Source of the DNA: a virus
Taxonomy: Duplodnaviria; Heunggongvirae; Uroviricota; Caudoviricetes
IMG/VR virus record: IMGVR_UViG_3300042348_001111
Span: 43,453 to 107,452 of that record
Reading direction: 5' to 3' (one strand)
DNA length: 64,000 nucleotides
Shown: positions 36,711-46,640 of the stretch, in pieces
Layout: each line of letters begins with the position of its first letter
Position numbering within the stretch: the stretch's first letter is position 1
Position numbers and translations under genes: made by a program
Notes under the pieces: model-generated
Told to the model about the DNA's origin: nothing
What the model saw: the letters and a program-made list of their open reading frames with translations, nothing else
The model's database searches: none

Positions 36711-37406
36711 ATGGACTTTACAAAACTAACTTACCATGTTGAAAGACAACCTGGTATTTCATATGACAACGCGTTGATGTATTGGAAAACATTATATCCA
36801 AGCTTTAGTGACTTTGAAAAAAATGTGATTACACAAGAAGGACTTAAGTCTTTTGGTGAGCATTGCGCTGAAAAGTGGGACAGCATTTTGCCTGCAACAG
36901 TGGCAATAGCAATGTCTGAAAAAAATCTTGAGATGCGCAGGCTTTTCTTTAAAGCAATGGGTATTGAAAAAGTTTTTAAAGAACTTGAGCCAATACTTAT
37001 AAGTGAGCAAATAATTGAATTTCAAAATCATCTTGTAGACATCAACGGCAATGCGTATGTTAAAACTATCCTAGATAAGTATCAGCTTTACAAAATTTTA
37101 GGTGATAAGCTTTTTCCTGAAGAAAAAGATAACTGGCGTCGTTCTAACGCAGATGCTTATGCTGTACGTTGCTGGTGTACCACAACAGGTCGCGAATACT
37201 GGATCTATGTACCAAGATGGATAGGTGAGAGTTGCGATGCTATCAAAGCTATTGCTTGGACATTTAGAATTAATATTACAGATCCTGAATACATTGTAAG
37301 GCAAGGTGATATTATTATTGCAAAAGCTTCTGATAAATCTGAAGAAATCAATTTGCGCCATCTTGAAAAAGAAGAGTACCTCAGACTGTTAAAATCACAA
37401 AGCTAA
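36711..37406 (+). CDS. Hypothetical protein
   Basis: 231 aa. Confidence 0.4.
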   Translation: MDFTKLTYHVERQPGISYDNALMYWKTLYPSFSDFEKNVITQEGLKSFGEHCAEKWDSILPATVAIAMSEKNLEMRRLFFKAMGIEKVFKELEPILISEQIIEFQNHLVDINGNAYVKTILDKYQLYKILGDKLFPEEKDNWRRSNADAYAVRCWCTTTGREYWIYVPRWIGESCDAIKAIAWTFRINITDPEYIVRQGDIIIAKASDKSEEINLRHLEKEEYLRLLKSQS

Positions 37407-37407
37407 G

Positions 37408-37659
37408 ATGAGCAACACACAAAACCGGCTTGTCCTCGCCACTGGTGAGGGTGCCAACACACACGCAGTAAATGCTGCGTCTAAAATCAGTTTCTCAGAC
37501 ATGCCTGAAGAAACAATCAAGTTTGAGATAAAAGATGAGTTTGCCCGTGTTACTCATGAGGAACATGGCACTATTCATTTGTCAACAGGTGTTTATTACA
37601 AAACCAACCAGGTGGAGTTTAATCCTTTTGACAATTCTGTATCAAGGATTTTTGACTAA
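37408..37659 (+). CDS. Hypothetical protein
   Basis: 83 aa. Confidence 0.35.
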   Translation: MSNTQNRLVLATGEGANTHAVNAASKISFSDMPEETIKFEIKDEFARVTHEEHGTIHLSTGVYYKTNQVEFNPFDNSVSRIFD

Positions 37660-37743
37660 AAACACGCAAATAAGCACTGAAAGGAGGGGTAACTCTCTTT
37701 TCAGTTTGCTTATTTTGCAAAACTTTATTAAATTTGCAACATT

Positions 37744-37977
37744 ATGATGTACAATTCAAAAACACCACTCCCTACCAAATTAGCAATTACTCATCATGAT
37801 ATTTCTATTACAATAGAAATTCCATGGGACTCAGATTTTGACACATTTATGACCGCTATTGAAGGTATGTTTGTAAGTATTGGTTATTCAAAAAATACTT
37901 TTAACGAGTGGGTCAAAAATTATCAAATAGAAACGAATAATTCAACTACAGATAATGACCAAAACAACGATTATTAA
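37744..37977 (+). CDS. Hypothetical protein
   Basis: 77 aa. Confidence 0.35.
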   Translation: MMYNSKTPLPTKLAITHHDISITIEIPWDSDFDTFMTAIEGMFVSIGYSKNTFNEWVKNYQIETNNSTTDNDQNNDY

Positions 37978-38146
37978 CCCTTTTTATAATGAATGGGTTA
38001 AAAAATTAAGTATTACACAGTTGCATCAAGAACTTGATAATATGCTGTGGTGTTCAGAATTTGGAATAGAAAGTAAAAATGTTTCTATTCAGAAAAAAAA
38101 AATTGTAAAACTTGAACTTGACAAAAGAAATGATAGTAAAAATTAA
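37955..38146 (+). CDS. Hypothetical protein
   Basis: 63 aa. Confidence 0.3.
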   Translation: MTKTTIINPFYNEWVKKLSITQLHQELDNMLWCSEFGIESKNVSIQKKKIVKLELDKRNDSKN

Positions 38147-38549
38147 AAAACTACACCCTGATGCTGTAATACCAAGCTATGCAAAACCAGGTGACGCCGG
38201 CATGGATCTGCAAGCTGTTGATGTTAACATACAGCAAGAGCAGGTACACTACAAAACTGGCCTTGCTATTGAAATCCCTGAAGGGTATGTAGGACTGATT
38301 TTTCCACGAAGCTCTGTACGTAACAAGAATCTTTCATTAAGTAACTCAGTAGGAGTCATTGATTCAGGATACCGTGGTGAGATCATGGCTACTTTTAATT
38401 GGAGAGGTATGGATAAAAGTCATTACAAAGTTGGTGATAGAATTATGCAACTAATGATTATTCCGTATCCTCATGTAGAATTTGAAGAAACAGATACTCT
38501 TTCAGATACAGAAAGATCTGCAGGTGGATTTGGTTCTACCGGAACCTAA
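38130..38549 (+). CDS. dut: dUTP diphosphatase (trimeric dUTPase)
   Basis: Motifs AGMDL, FPRSSV, GVIDSGYRGEI and the C-terminal RSAGGFGSTG. The start is set at the ATG (MIVKIKKL). Confidence 0.8.
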   Translation: MIVKIKKLHPDAVIPSYAKPGDAGMDLQAVDVNIQQEQVHYKTGLAIEIPEGYVGLIFPRSSVRNKNLSLSNSVGVIDSGYRGEIMATFNWRGMDKSHYKVGDRIMQLMIIPYPHVEFEETDTLSDTERSAGGFGSTGT

Positions 38550-38566
38550 AACAAATATTTTTAAAA

Positions 38567-38935
38567 ATGAATATTAATATTAGTAGTGGTCAAGTAGAAA
38601 TTGTAGGACCTTATGGACGAGTTTATTTGTATACTTACAATGATGCTGCTTTTTTAGTTAATATTGTTCATGATGTATTGTCTATGCAAAAACGTTGGGA
38701 TGATCCTGATTATCTTGCTAAAATGATTTTTTGCAAAATGGTACCTCCTGAACATTGGAATGATGATATTGGTTTTGGTATTGGCACACAACTATATGCA
38801 GATGTAAATTTGCTTATTACAGTTGACACAGTAACTCAAGAAATATCATTGCAAACTGCGATTGATAAACACTATAAGATTAAAAATTCTTTTAAAGACT
38901 TTGTTACAAACTTTTTATCAAGAGCTGATATTTAA
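38567..38935 (+). CDS. Hypothetical protein
   Basis: 122 aa. Confidence 0.4.
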   Translation: MNINISSGQVEIVGPYGRVYLYTYNDAAFLVNIVHDVLSMQKRWDDPDYLAKMIFCKMVPPEHWNDDIGFGIGTQLYADVNLLITVDTVTQEISLQTAIDKHYKIKNSFKDFVTNFLSRADI

Positions 38936-39035
38936 AATCATAGCAATATAGTGCAAAATACTTTTGCGTTATGTATATTTACGCTAGTGATTCTTTATAT
39001 GATGTACTATTTTAGAGGCAACTACTTGCCTACAA

Positions 39036-39332
39036 ATGCTATATCAACTACCCAATGGGAAGTGCATAGAGATTTCACTTGAGCAGTACCTTAGCATGAG
39101 CGATGATGAACTTAACATGTATATGGCATACAATATTGGTGAAGAGGTCAACGACCCTTTTGCCTTGAGTGTTTTAAGACATGGTTCAAGTTCTGAAAGA
39201 CCTGACCTTGATGATTTTGATTTGCTTGAAGAATCAAGCATTGAAGATGAACTTGGAATAAAGGAACTAACAGACATCCCTTCTGAGGAAAAGCTTGATG
39301 ATATTGACTATACAGGACCTGATGACATTTAA
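39036..39332 (+). CDS. Highly acidic small protein (possible DNA mimic or anti-restriction candidate)
   Basis: 98 aa, about 30% D/E (ERPDLDDFDLLEESSIEDELG...DDIDYTGPDDI). Confidence 0.4.
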   Translation: MLYQLPNGKCIEISLEQYLSMSDDELNMYMAYNIGEEVNDPFALSVLRHGSSSERPDLDDFDLLEESSIEDELGIKELTDIPSEEKLDDIDYTGPDDI

Positions 39333-39359
39333 AAAAACGTCTACATAGACGTACATAGT

Positions 39360-39776
39360 ATGATTAAAGCAAAACTCAAGCCTTGCGCAGGCTGTGGGGA
39401 GGATAGAGTCATATGGAAAAACTTTGAAGGACAAAAGTTTTGCAAAGACTGCTGGACAAAAAAAACTCCTGCTGCAAAGCCAGTTACATCTAAACTAATT
39501 AAACCTGTTTCTGATAAGCGCAAGCCATTAGATCAACTGTATTCTAAACTTAGAAAGCAGTTTTTGAATCAACCAGAGAACAGCACCTGTAGAGCTAAGT
39601 TGCATGTATGCACATATCATACAGGACAAGACCTGACAATACATCATACGCGTGGTCGCGGCAAGTACTATCTTGATAGTGCTACATGGATCCCTTTATG
39701 TTTAAGCTGTCACCGGTGGGTAGAGGAACACCCCGCTGACGCTAAAGAAATGTTTCTCACAGAATCAAGAATTTAA
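39360..39776 (+). CDS. HNH endonuclease-like protein with an N-terminal Zn ribbon
   Basis: CAGCG...CKDCW, then IHHTRG...PLCLSCHRWVEEH. Confidence 0.5.
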   Translation: MIKAKLKPCAGCGEDRVIWKNFEGQKFCKDCWTKKTPAAKPVTSKLIKPVSDKRKPLDQLYSKLRKQFLNQPENSTCRAKLHVCTYHTGQDLTIHHTRGRGKYYLDSATWIPLCLSCHRWVEEHPADAKEMFLTESRI

Positions 39777-39790
39777 CTTAAAAACCTATT

Positions 39791-40123
39791 ATGGAACAAT
39801 CAGAATCACCAGGACCTTTTGGTCTATTGCACATTGGCAGAGGCACATTTGGTGGAGCACTTGAAGCACTCAAGCAAGGTCACCGTGTTGCACGCAGTGG
39901 CTGGAACGGCAAGAACATGTTTTTGTTTTTGCTACCTGGAGGAATTATCCCCACAAAGGTTATTCATGACCCAGCGCTTCGCCAAGTTGTTGAAGAGCAG
40001 GTAGGCGGAGAAACTTTTGAAGCTCTTGGAAGCATTAGAATGTTTACTGCTGACAAAAAAATTCTTACCGGTTGGTTGGCATCTCAAACAGACATGCTAG
40101 CTGAAGACTGGAGTATACTTTAA
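39791..40123 (+). CDS. Hypothetical protein (SGWNGK motif, as in a small phage-associated domain family)
   Basis: 110 aa with LEALKQGHRVARSGWNGK. Confidence 0.4.
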   Translation: MEQSESPGPFGLLHIGRGTFGGALEALKQGHRVARSGWNGKNMFLFLLPGGIIPTKVIHDPALRQVVEEQVGGETFEALGSIRMFTADKKILTGWLASQTDMLAEDWSIL

Positions 40124-40148
40124 CTTAAAAAAACATCTCATATTCTTT

Positions 40149-40466
40149 ATGAAAAAATTTATTGGCTATTACATCATCGGTGCAACTACTAAACGAGATG
40201 CTCAAGATGAAAAAGGTCTGTTACTATGGACTGATAAAAAACCTTCTGCTTTGCGCAGGTTTCTTTGTTCAACCCTGTTAGGTATCTACTGGATTGATAA
40301 AGACAGAGTATTGGAAGAACGCGGTAAGACTGCACAAAGTCAAACAGCAGCTTCTGACAAACCTGTAACAGAAATGCAAAAGCTTTCTCCAGTAAAAACA
40401 GAAGAAACCTCTGGTGTCCGCAGAACACCTGCGCCACAAAAACAGCGCAGAACAAAAAACAATTAA
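40149..40466 (+). CDS. Hypothetical protein
   Basis: 105 aa. Confidence 0.35.
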   Translation: MKKFIGYYIIGATTKRDAQDEKGLLLWTDKKPSALRRFLCSTLLGIYWIDKDRVLEERGKTAQSQTAASDKPVTEMQKLSPVKTEETSGVRRTPAPQKQRRTKNN

Positions 40467-40476
40467 CAAAAATATT

Positions 40477-41583
40477 ATGACTGAATTGACCAAACGTGAG
40501 TTAATTCAGCAAGAAGCCCTCAGAGCGGTGAATAATAAACACCGCTCTGGTTTGGGTATTTCCATGGGTGTAGGAAAAACTCTCATAGGACTGCGTCACA
40601 TGGAACAAGAGCATGCTAATGGTTGCAAAAAGTTTCTTGTTGTAGCTCCTAAAGTTAGTATTTTTCAATCGTGGAAAGATGATGCTGAAAAATTTGGACT
40701 TGCTTATCTGCTAGAGTATGTAGACTTTACTACATATTTGTCTTTAAGTAAAAAGACAAGAGAATACGACGTGTTGTATTTAGACGAGTGTCACAGTTTA
40801 TTGAACACTCATGACTTTTATCTGGCAACTTTTAGTGGCAAAATACTTGGTCTCACCGGAACTCCTCCACGTTTTAAAAATTCTGAAAAAGGTGAAATGG
40901 TAAGTAAGTACTGCCCGATCGTATATACTTACATTACTGACGATGCTGTTGAAGATAAAATATTGAACGATTATCAAATAATTGTTCACAATATTTCCCT
41001 TGATACTACAAAAACTCATAAAGTAAAAACAAAAAAGGGAGGTTACTTTATGACATCAGAGCAAGCTAATTATGACTATTGGTCAGAAAGAATATTGAAT
41101 GCTCAAAATAGTACCCAACAAAAGATTTTTCGCATCATGCGTATGCAGGCACTCATGCAGTTTGCCTCTAAAGAACGCTACGCTAAAAAACTCTTACACA
41201 TGATGCATGAAAAATGCCTGGTATTTTGCAATACTACAGATCAGGCAGATCGTATCTGCACACTTTCTTATCACAGCAAAAACCCTAATAGCGAAACTAA
41301 TCTTGACATGTTCAAGACAGGTCGCGTACTGCAACTTTCTTGTGTGCAGCAGTTAAACGAAGGTGTAAATATTCCAGAACTTGGCGCAGGAATTATTCTT
41401 CACGCTTACAGCAATGAGCGTAAAAGTTCTCAAAGACTTGGTAGACTTCTGCGTTTAAGCCCTGACAAAAAATCTACTGTGCACATTCTAATGTATCAAA
41501 ACACAATAGATGTAGATTGGGTAAGTGAAGCACTGAGAGATTTAGATTTTGAGAAAATAATCTATATGGATCCTATGTTTTAA
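40477..41583 (+). CDS. Superfamily-2 DEAD/DEAH-type helicase
   Basis: Walker A MGVGKT, DECH, LTGTPPR, then C-terminal QQLNEGVNIP and QRLGRLLR (motifs V and VI). Confidence 0.7.
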   Translation: MTELTKRELIQQEALRAVNNKHRSGLGISMGVGKTLIGLRHMEQEHANGCKKFLVVAPKVSIFQSWKDDAEKFGLAYLLEYVDFTTYLSLSKKTREYDVLYLDECHSLLNTHDFYLATFSGKILGLTGTPPRFKNSEKGEMVSKYCPIVYTYITDDAVEDKILNDYQIIVHNISLDTTKTHKVKTKKGGYFMTSEQANYDYWSERILNAQNSTQQKIFRIMRMQALMQFASKERYAKKLLHMMHEKCLVFCNTTDQADRICTLSYHSKNPNSETNLDMFKTGRVLQLSCVQQLNEGVNIPELGAGIILHAYSNERKSSQRLGRLLRLSPDKKSTVHILMYQNTIDVDWVSEALRDLDFEKIIYMDPMF

Positions 41584-41597
41584 ATTAACACCAACAT

Positions 41598-41990
41598 ATG
41601 CATAGTACTACTCTGACCTTTGTGAAAAAAAATGGTCAGCTTATTCCAAGCTCAGAAAGAGAAATAGGTAAACTGAAACAGTTTAACATGGCGTTAAAAG
41701 AAGGAAGCACTGTTGAAGTGTACATGTCTTTAGCCACAGAAAATGACAAAACCTTACCTCAATTGGCAAGAATCCACGCGATGATCAGAGAACTCTCTAA
41801 CTATACTGGTCACACGTTTGATGAAGTCAAAGATGAAGTAAAAAGAAAAGCGGGTCTCCATGTTGTTACAGGAACCCGCTCAGAAGATTTAGAACTTAAA
41901 AGTTTTACAGATTGTAGTAAAGAAGAGCTGTCAAAAGCAATTGACACGTGTGTTGAGATAGGTCACATGCTTGGATATCACATTTCTTAA
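41598..41990 (+). CDS. Hypothetical protein
   Basis: 130 aa. Confidence 0.4.
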   Translation: MHSTTLTFVKKNGQLIPSSEREIGKLKQFNMALKEGSTVEVYMSLATENDKTLPQLARIHAMIRELSNYTGHTFDEVKDEVKRKAGLHVVTGTRSEDLELKSFTDCSKEELSKAIDTCVEIGHMLGYHIS

Positions 41991-42349
41991 AGTGAATCTT
42001 TAAGCATTTCTGCTGCCTCTTCTTGTGTAACCTGGATAATAAATCCTTCTTTTCTTGCAATATCTTCAAATTCTTTTGCAAGAATTAACAGTGTTTCATA
42101 GTGGCTCACCCATTCTTCTGTAATTTCTTGAGAAGATATTTGTTTGTGAGCGTTATTAAGTTCTTCTGAAGATTTACCAGAAATCAAGAAGCCTAGAGCG
42201 CTTTGAATTTTCCTATAATAGCCAGAACTCATTGAGATACTAACTAAAGTTTCTGGTTTAATGATGTCAATCATTTCAGAAGAACCTTTGCCGGTTGAAT
42301 TATTTTGATTTTCCATAGGAATTTGATTATAGAGTCTACAAAAATACAA
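41987..42349 (-). CDS. Hypothetical protein, a lone leftward gene embedded in the rightward block
   Basis: 120-aa ORF. An internal Met (MENQNN) is an alternative start. Confidence 0.35.
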   Translation of the reverse strand: MYFCRLYNQIPMENQNNSTGKGSSEMIDIIKPETLVSISMSSGYYRKIQSALGFLISGKSSEELNNAHKQISSQEITEEWVSHYETLLILAKEFEDIARKEGFIIQVTQEEAAEMLKDSL

Positions 42350-42374
42350 TTAAAAAAGATAAGTTCTACACATT

Positions 42375-43133
42375 ATGCAAAATAAAGTTGCAACTCCTGC
42401 AGTTGAGCCTGGACAAGTACTTGACCAAGGACAAATAATTGACAAACTTCAAGAAATGCTGCGACCATCTGGTTGGCATAACTTGCTTAAAGGTTTTCTG
42501 GTATCAGAAGATTTTGAAAATATAATTGAAACTTTAAAAAAGCATGTTGCTGACAATAAACGCTTCACCCCTCCTTTAAAGCAGGTGTTTAGAGCGTTTC
42601 AAGAGTGCCCGCTTGAAGAACTTAAAGTTATATTTGTAGGACAGGATCCATATCCACAAATGGGTGTAGCAGATGGTATTGCTTTTAGTTGTGGCAATAC
42701 ATTAAAGCCTGAAGCTTCTTTACGCTACATTCAAAGAGCACTTATTGATACTGTTTACCAGGGCAAAATAACTGTCAATGACCTCAATCCAGATTTGACA
42801 AACTGGTCCAGACAGGGTATTTTAATGCTAAACACCTCTCTGACAACAGAGATTGGTAAAATTGGTAAGCACTTAGACTTGTGGAAAGGTTTGATATCTT
42901 ATCTATTTGACATGCTAAATACGCAAAAACAAGACATAATATGGGTCTTTTTGGGTAAAAAAGCACAAGAGTACAGTGATCTTATTGGTGATCATCATAT
43001 TAAACTTTATGCTTCTCACCCTGCGTCAGCTGCTTATCAAAGAGAGCAACACTGGAATTGTGAAGATGTGTTCAATAAAGTGAACAGTAATCTGCGCGCT
43101 TTAGGCAAGCCAGAAATAATCTGGCATCAATAG
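42375..43133 (+). CDS. Uracil-DNA glycosylase (family-1 UNG-like)
   Basis: VIFVGQDPYPQ...GIAFS matches the UNG catalytic water-activating loop GQDPYH. MLNTSLT matches the LLNxxLT motif. Confidence 0.65.
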   Translation: MQNKVATPAVEPGQVLDQGQIIDKLQEMLRPSGWHNLLKGFLVSEDFENIIETLKKHVADNKRFTPPLKQVFRAFQECPLEELKVIFVGQDPYPQMGVADGIAFSCGNTLKPEASLRYIQRALIDTVYQGKITVNDLNPDLTNWSRQGILMLNTSLTTEIGKIGKHLDLWKGLISYLFDMLNTQKQDIIWVFLGKKAQEYSDLIGDHHIKLYASHPASAAYQREQHWNCEDVFNKVNSNLRALGKPEIIWHQ

Positions 43134-43224
43134 TAAAATTACAATTTGACAATTTTTGTAGAATTTGACTTGATTATGCTCTACATTTTTTGTATATTTG
43201 AATTCTTATCCCAGTACCTCATTT

Positions 43225-44274
43225 ATGTTCAAGTCTTTTAATGCAAATGAAGTGCATGCACCTTCAAAACCGCCATTAAATATGACACATTCAGCATCGC
43301 ATGGTGATGCTATTACTTCCAAAAAACCTTGGAAACGCTATGGAGATATCATGACTGAAAGTCTTGACTATCTTAGAAAGCGTTCTAATGGTTCATTAAA
43401 GTCACTCAAAACACAATGGCCAACCTTTAACAAGATAGGTCTCAATGGTATTGAGTGGCAATCTTTATATGTAATTGCTGCAAGACCGGGTGTGGGTAAA
43501 ACACTTATAGCAGCATCCTTAACTAGAGAATTGCAGGTGCTTAATCATGAACAAGATTTTGCTGTTTTGCATTTTCAATTTGAAATGTTAGGTCGGAATA
43601 TGGCAATGCGCGAACTATCAAGCGCCACCAATCTGAACATACGCTACATGCAAAGCGCTCAAGATGATGGTCTTCCTCCTCTCAAAGTTGAAGACTTAAG
43701 AAAACTTGAAAGCTATGCGTTAACCCAAAGAGAAAGACAAGAATATATTATTGACAAAGCTTTGACTGTCAATGAAATGCAAAATTCTATCATAAGTTTT
43801 TACAATGACGTAAAAAAACCTGTAGTAGTAACTCTTGACCATACTTTGCTTGTAAAGCAAGGAGCATCTGAAACCAGCAGACAGCAAACCTTGCAAAATC
43901 TAGCAACCATGCTGACAGAAATGAAGAACAGACTTCCTGTTACATTTTTGATTTTGACACAGCTCAATCGTGACATTGATGACGCAGAAAGGCAAAAACC
44001 TGGGATGCTTAGCAACTATCCCACAGAAGCTGACGTTTTTGGTAGTGATTATCTTTTGCAATGTGCAGATGTAATGATTGCGTATAATCGTCCTGCAAAA
44101 TACAACCTGGCTCTATATGGACCCCAGCGTTTTGAAATTACTGACAAATACTTATTGGCAATGCATGTACTTAAAAATCGTTTTGGTGAGCCTGCAATAT
44201 ACTGGTACAAAGCGCAATATGAAACTATGACAATAACTGAATCACCAATACCTAGAATGATACCTAAAAAATAA
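43225..44274 (+). CDS. DnaB-like replicative helicase (RecA-fold C-terminal domain, short N-terminus)
   Basis: LYVIAARPGVGKT (Walker A H1), FQFEMLGRN and ILTQLNRD (H4-like). The first ATG is at 43225. Confidence 0.7.
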   Translation: MFKSFNANEVHAPSKPPLNMTHSASHGDAITSKKPWKRYGDIMTESLDYLRKRSNGSLKSLKTQWPTFNKIGLNGIEWQSLYVIAARPGVGKTLIAASLTRELQVLNHEQDFAVLHFQFEMLGRNMAMRELSSATNLNIRYMQSAQDDGLPPLKVEDLRKLESYALTQRERQEYIIDKALTVNEMQNSIISFYNDVKKPVVVTLDHTLLVKQGASETSRQQTLQNLATMLTEMKNRLPVTFLILTQLNRDIDDAERQKPGMLSNYPTEADVFGSDYLLQCADVMIAYNRPAKYNLALYGPQRFEITDKYLLAMHVLKNRFGEPAIYWYKAQYETMTITESPIPRMIPKK

Positions 44275-44297
44275 TTTAACTAAAACAACAATTCATT

Positions 44298-45005
44298 ATG
44301 ACAACAAACCTTGAAAAACCCAAAAAACAAATATCCGTTATTAGTGCAGAGTATCGTGTTTTTTGGCAACCACTATTTGATGCATTGGGTTTAAACAATG
44401 CTAAGTTTGGCGCCAAATTATGTTACATGGGTTTAGAATTTAGTAATGATGGCAGTCGTGTTCCTTGTATTCGTTTTTTCCCTAGTGAGTTAAACTGTGG
44501 AGTAGACTACTATTTAGAACTATTTGATTGGAATCAAAACTATTATGACCCAGAAAATCGCAAACTTTACAAGTTAGCATACAATCCTAACTGGCATTTG
44601 GAACCCAAAAAATATGTTGAGATTCCTGCTGATAAACTTCCAACTGCTACTTTTGCTGTAAAACTATCTGATTTAGAACTTGTTAACAGTACTGATGCTA
44701 GATCTTTGTGCCTAAATTTTCATAGGCCTAATATTAATCTAACCGCAAATTCTGTTGATACATCTTTATTAGATGCTACAAATCTTTTTTCAGAAGATGT
44801 TCCTGGCAATAATGATACTGATACATCAGATCTTTTCAAGATGGAAGAAGAATTGTCAGAAGTTTTTGCTGACAAAGATGACAATCATTACTCTTCAATG
44901 ACCATTCGCGACCTATATTGCATGTTGCAAAATGTTCCAATGAGTAACAAAAAATGGCTTAACCAACTTATATCAAAAGGTAAACAATGGCAACAACAGA
45001 AGTAA
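44298..45005 (+). CDS. Hypothetical protein
   Basis: 235 aa. Confidence 0.4.
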   Translation: MTTNLEKPKKQISVISAEYRVFWQPLFDALGLNNAKFGAKLCYMGLEFSNDGSRVPCIRFFPSELNCGVDYYLELFDWNQNYYDPENRKLYKLAYNPNWHLEPKKYVEIPADKLPTATFAVKLSDLELVNSTDARSLCLNFHRPNINLTANSVDTSLLDATNLFSEDVPGNNDTDTSDLFKMEEELSEVFADKDDNHYSSMTIRDLYCMLQNVPMSNKKWLNQLISKGKQWQQQK

Positions 45006-45760
45006 ATCCCCAGGGCATTGTACTGCCCACCAGCGTAGTAAAATCTATTGTAAAAAGTCCTAAAAACTTAATCATCTTTTCAAAACCTAAAGTAGGTAAA
45101 ACTACTTTACTTTCCAAACTTGAAAATTGTTTGATTATAGATCTTGAAAATGGCACTGACTATGTAGATGCTATGAAAATCAAAGCTTCAAATGTGACAG
45201 AACTCAGTAACATTGCTCGTGCAATTTTAGAAGCAGGTAAACCTTACAAGTATGTTGCAATTGATACTATCACTGCATTAGAAGAAATGTGTATTCCTTT
45301 GGCAGAATACAATTATTCTAAAAGCTCTATGGGTACCAACTGGTTCAAAGCTGGTGGAGGTAAAGAAAAGTATGGTTCTATTCTGAACATGGCCAATGGA
45401 GCTGGTTACCCATGGCTACGTCAAGCATTTGAAACTATGCTTAACATGCTCAAAGGACTTGCTCCACATGTGATTTTGGTAGGTCACATTAAGGACACAC
45501 TTCTGGAAAAGAATGGTTCAGAATTCAATTCACTGGACCTTGATCTTACCGGTAAACTAAAACGCATCACTACATCTAATGCTGATGCAATTGGCTATTT
45601 GTACCGCAAAGGCAACAAAAACATCTTAAGTTTTAAAACTGCAGATGATATTGCTTGTGGTGCTCGTCCAGAACATTTACGTAACGCAGAAATAGTTGTT
45701 TCTGAAGTAAACGAAGATGGCTCTGTGACAATTAACTGGAACCAAATTTTTATTGATTAA
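44987..45760 (+). CDS. RecA-fold ATPase, Sak4-like (AAA_24-type phage recombination or replication ATPase)
   Basis: Walker A IIFSKPKVGKTTL and Walker B YVAIDTITALEE. Confidence 0.55.
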   Translation: MATTEVNPQGIVLPTSVVKSIVKSPKNLIIFSKPKVGKTTLLSKLENCLIIDLENGTDYVDAMKIKASNVTELSNIARAILEAGKPYKYVAIDTITALEEMCIPLAEYNYSKSSMGTNWFKAGGGKEKYGSILNMANGAGYPWLRQAFETMLNMLKGLAPHVILVGHIKDTLLEKNGSEFNSLDLDLTGKLKRITTSNADAIGYLYRKGNKNILSFKTADDIACGARPEHLRNAEIVVSEVNEDGSVTINWNQIFID

Positions 45761-45790
45761 CCACTTAAACCCTAAAAAAACAAAAAAGCT

Positions 45791-46564
45791 ATGTTCAATT
45801 CAAAAAATTTCAACCCTAACGCAGGAAGTAACTATCCTAAAATCATGGGTCCTGGCACTAACTATTGTCGCATTATTGACATGAAACTTGACAGGCCACC
45901 ATACAGTCCAGAAAAAGAACCTTACTTTGTAGTATTAACTCTAGAGGGTGTTGATTTAGGTGACAGTTTTGAAGGTATCGCCATTGACAAAATGAATCCT
46001 TCACGTGGCAACTATCGTGGACAAATTGCTAATGTTCGTTCAGGACGTTATCCTTTTACCAGTTACACTTACAATGGAAAGACTATTCAACGCGACGATC
46101 AAATTTTTCGTTGGGTGAACAATCTAGCTAAGCAACTTGGTGTATTGGAAAAAATGAACGCTGATGGTCTTGAAGCCAATACTATTGAGGAGTATGTTGA
46201 TTCTGTAAAAAAGTATGTTGTAAACCCTGATTTATGGGCTCATCATACAATTGGTGGTCAAGAGTATTTCAGTGAAGGTTATGACAAACCTAACTATCGT
46301 ATGTTTTACCCTAAAGCTGAAGGAAAACTACTTCCTTTTGCCGCAATGGAAGATGAAAATGGTCAGCCATTGAACCTTCTTGCTTTTGATCGTACTAAGC
46401 ACATCATTGTCAAAGCAGAAGACACAGCTGAAACCGTGAGCAGTTTTCCAGGTCAAGGTATGCTACAAGGAAACCCTATGGATATGCTGAACATTCCTGC
46501 CAATGGTACTAATCATCCATCACCAATGCAAACACCGGGCATTGCAGATCTGAGACTTCCCTAA
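45791..46564 (+). CDS. Hypothetical protein
   Basis: 257 aa. Confidence 0.4.
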   Translation: MFNSKNFNPNAGSNYPKIMGPGTNYCRIIDMKLDRPPYSPEKEPYFVVLTLEGVDLGDSFEGIAIDKMNPSRGNYRGQIANVRSGRYPFTSYTYNGKTIQRDDQIFRWVNNLAKQLGVLEKMNADGLEANTIEEYVDSVKKYVVNPDLWAHHTIGGQEYFSEGYDKPNYRMFYPKAEGKLLPFAAMEDENGQPLNLLAFDRTKHIIVKAEDTAETVSSFPGQGMLQGNPMDMLNIPANGTNHPSPMQTPGIADLRLP

Positions 46565-46640
46565 TCTTTAACCCAGCAACAGAACTAAAGGGGTGGGAAA
46601 CTTTTCTCATCCCTTTTTTTCTGTGCTCATCCCAGCAGTT

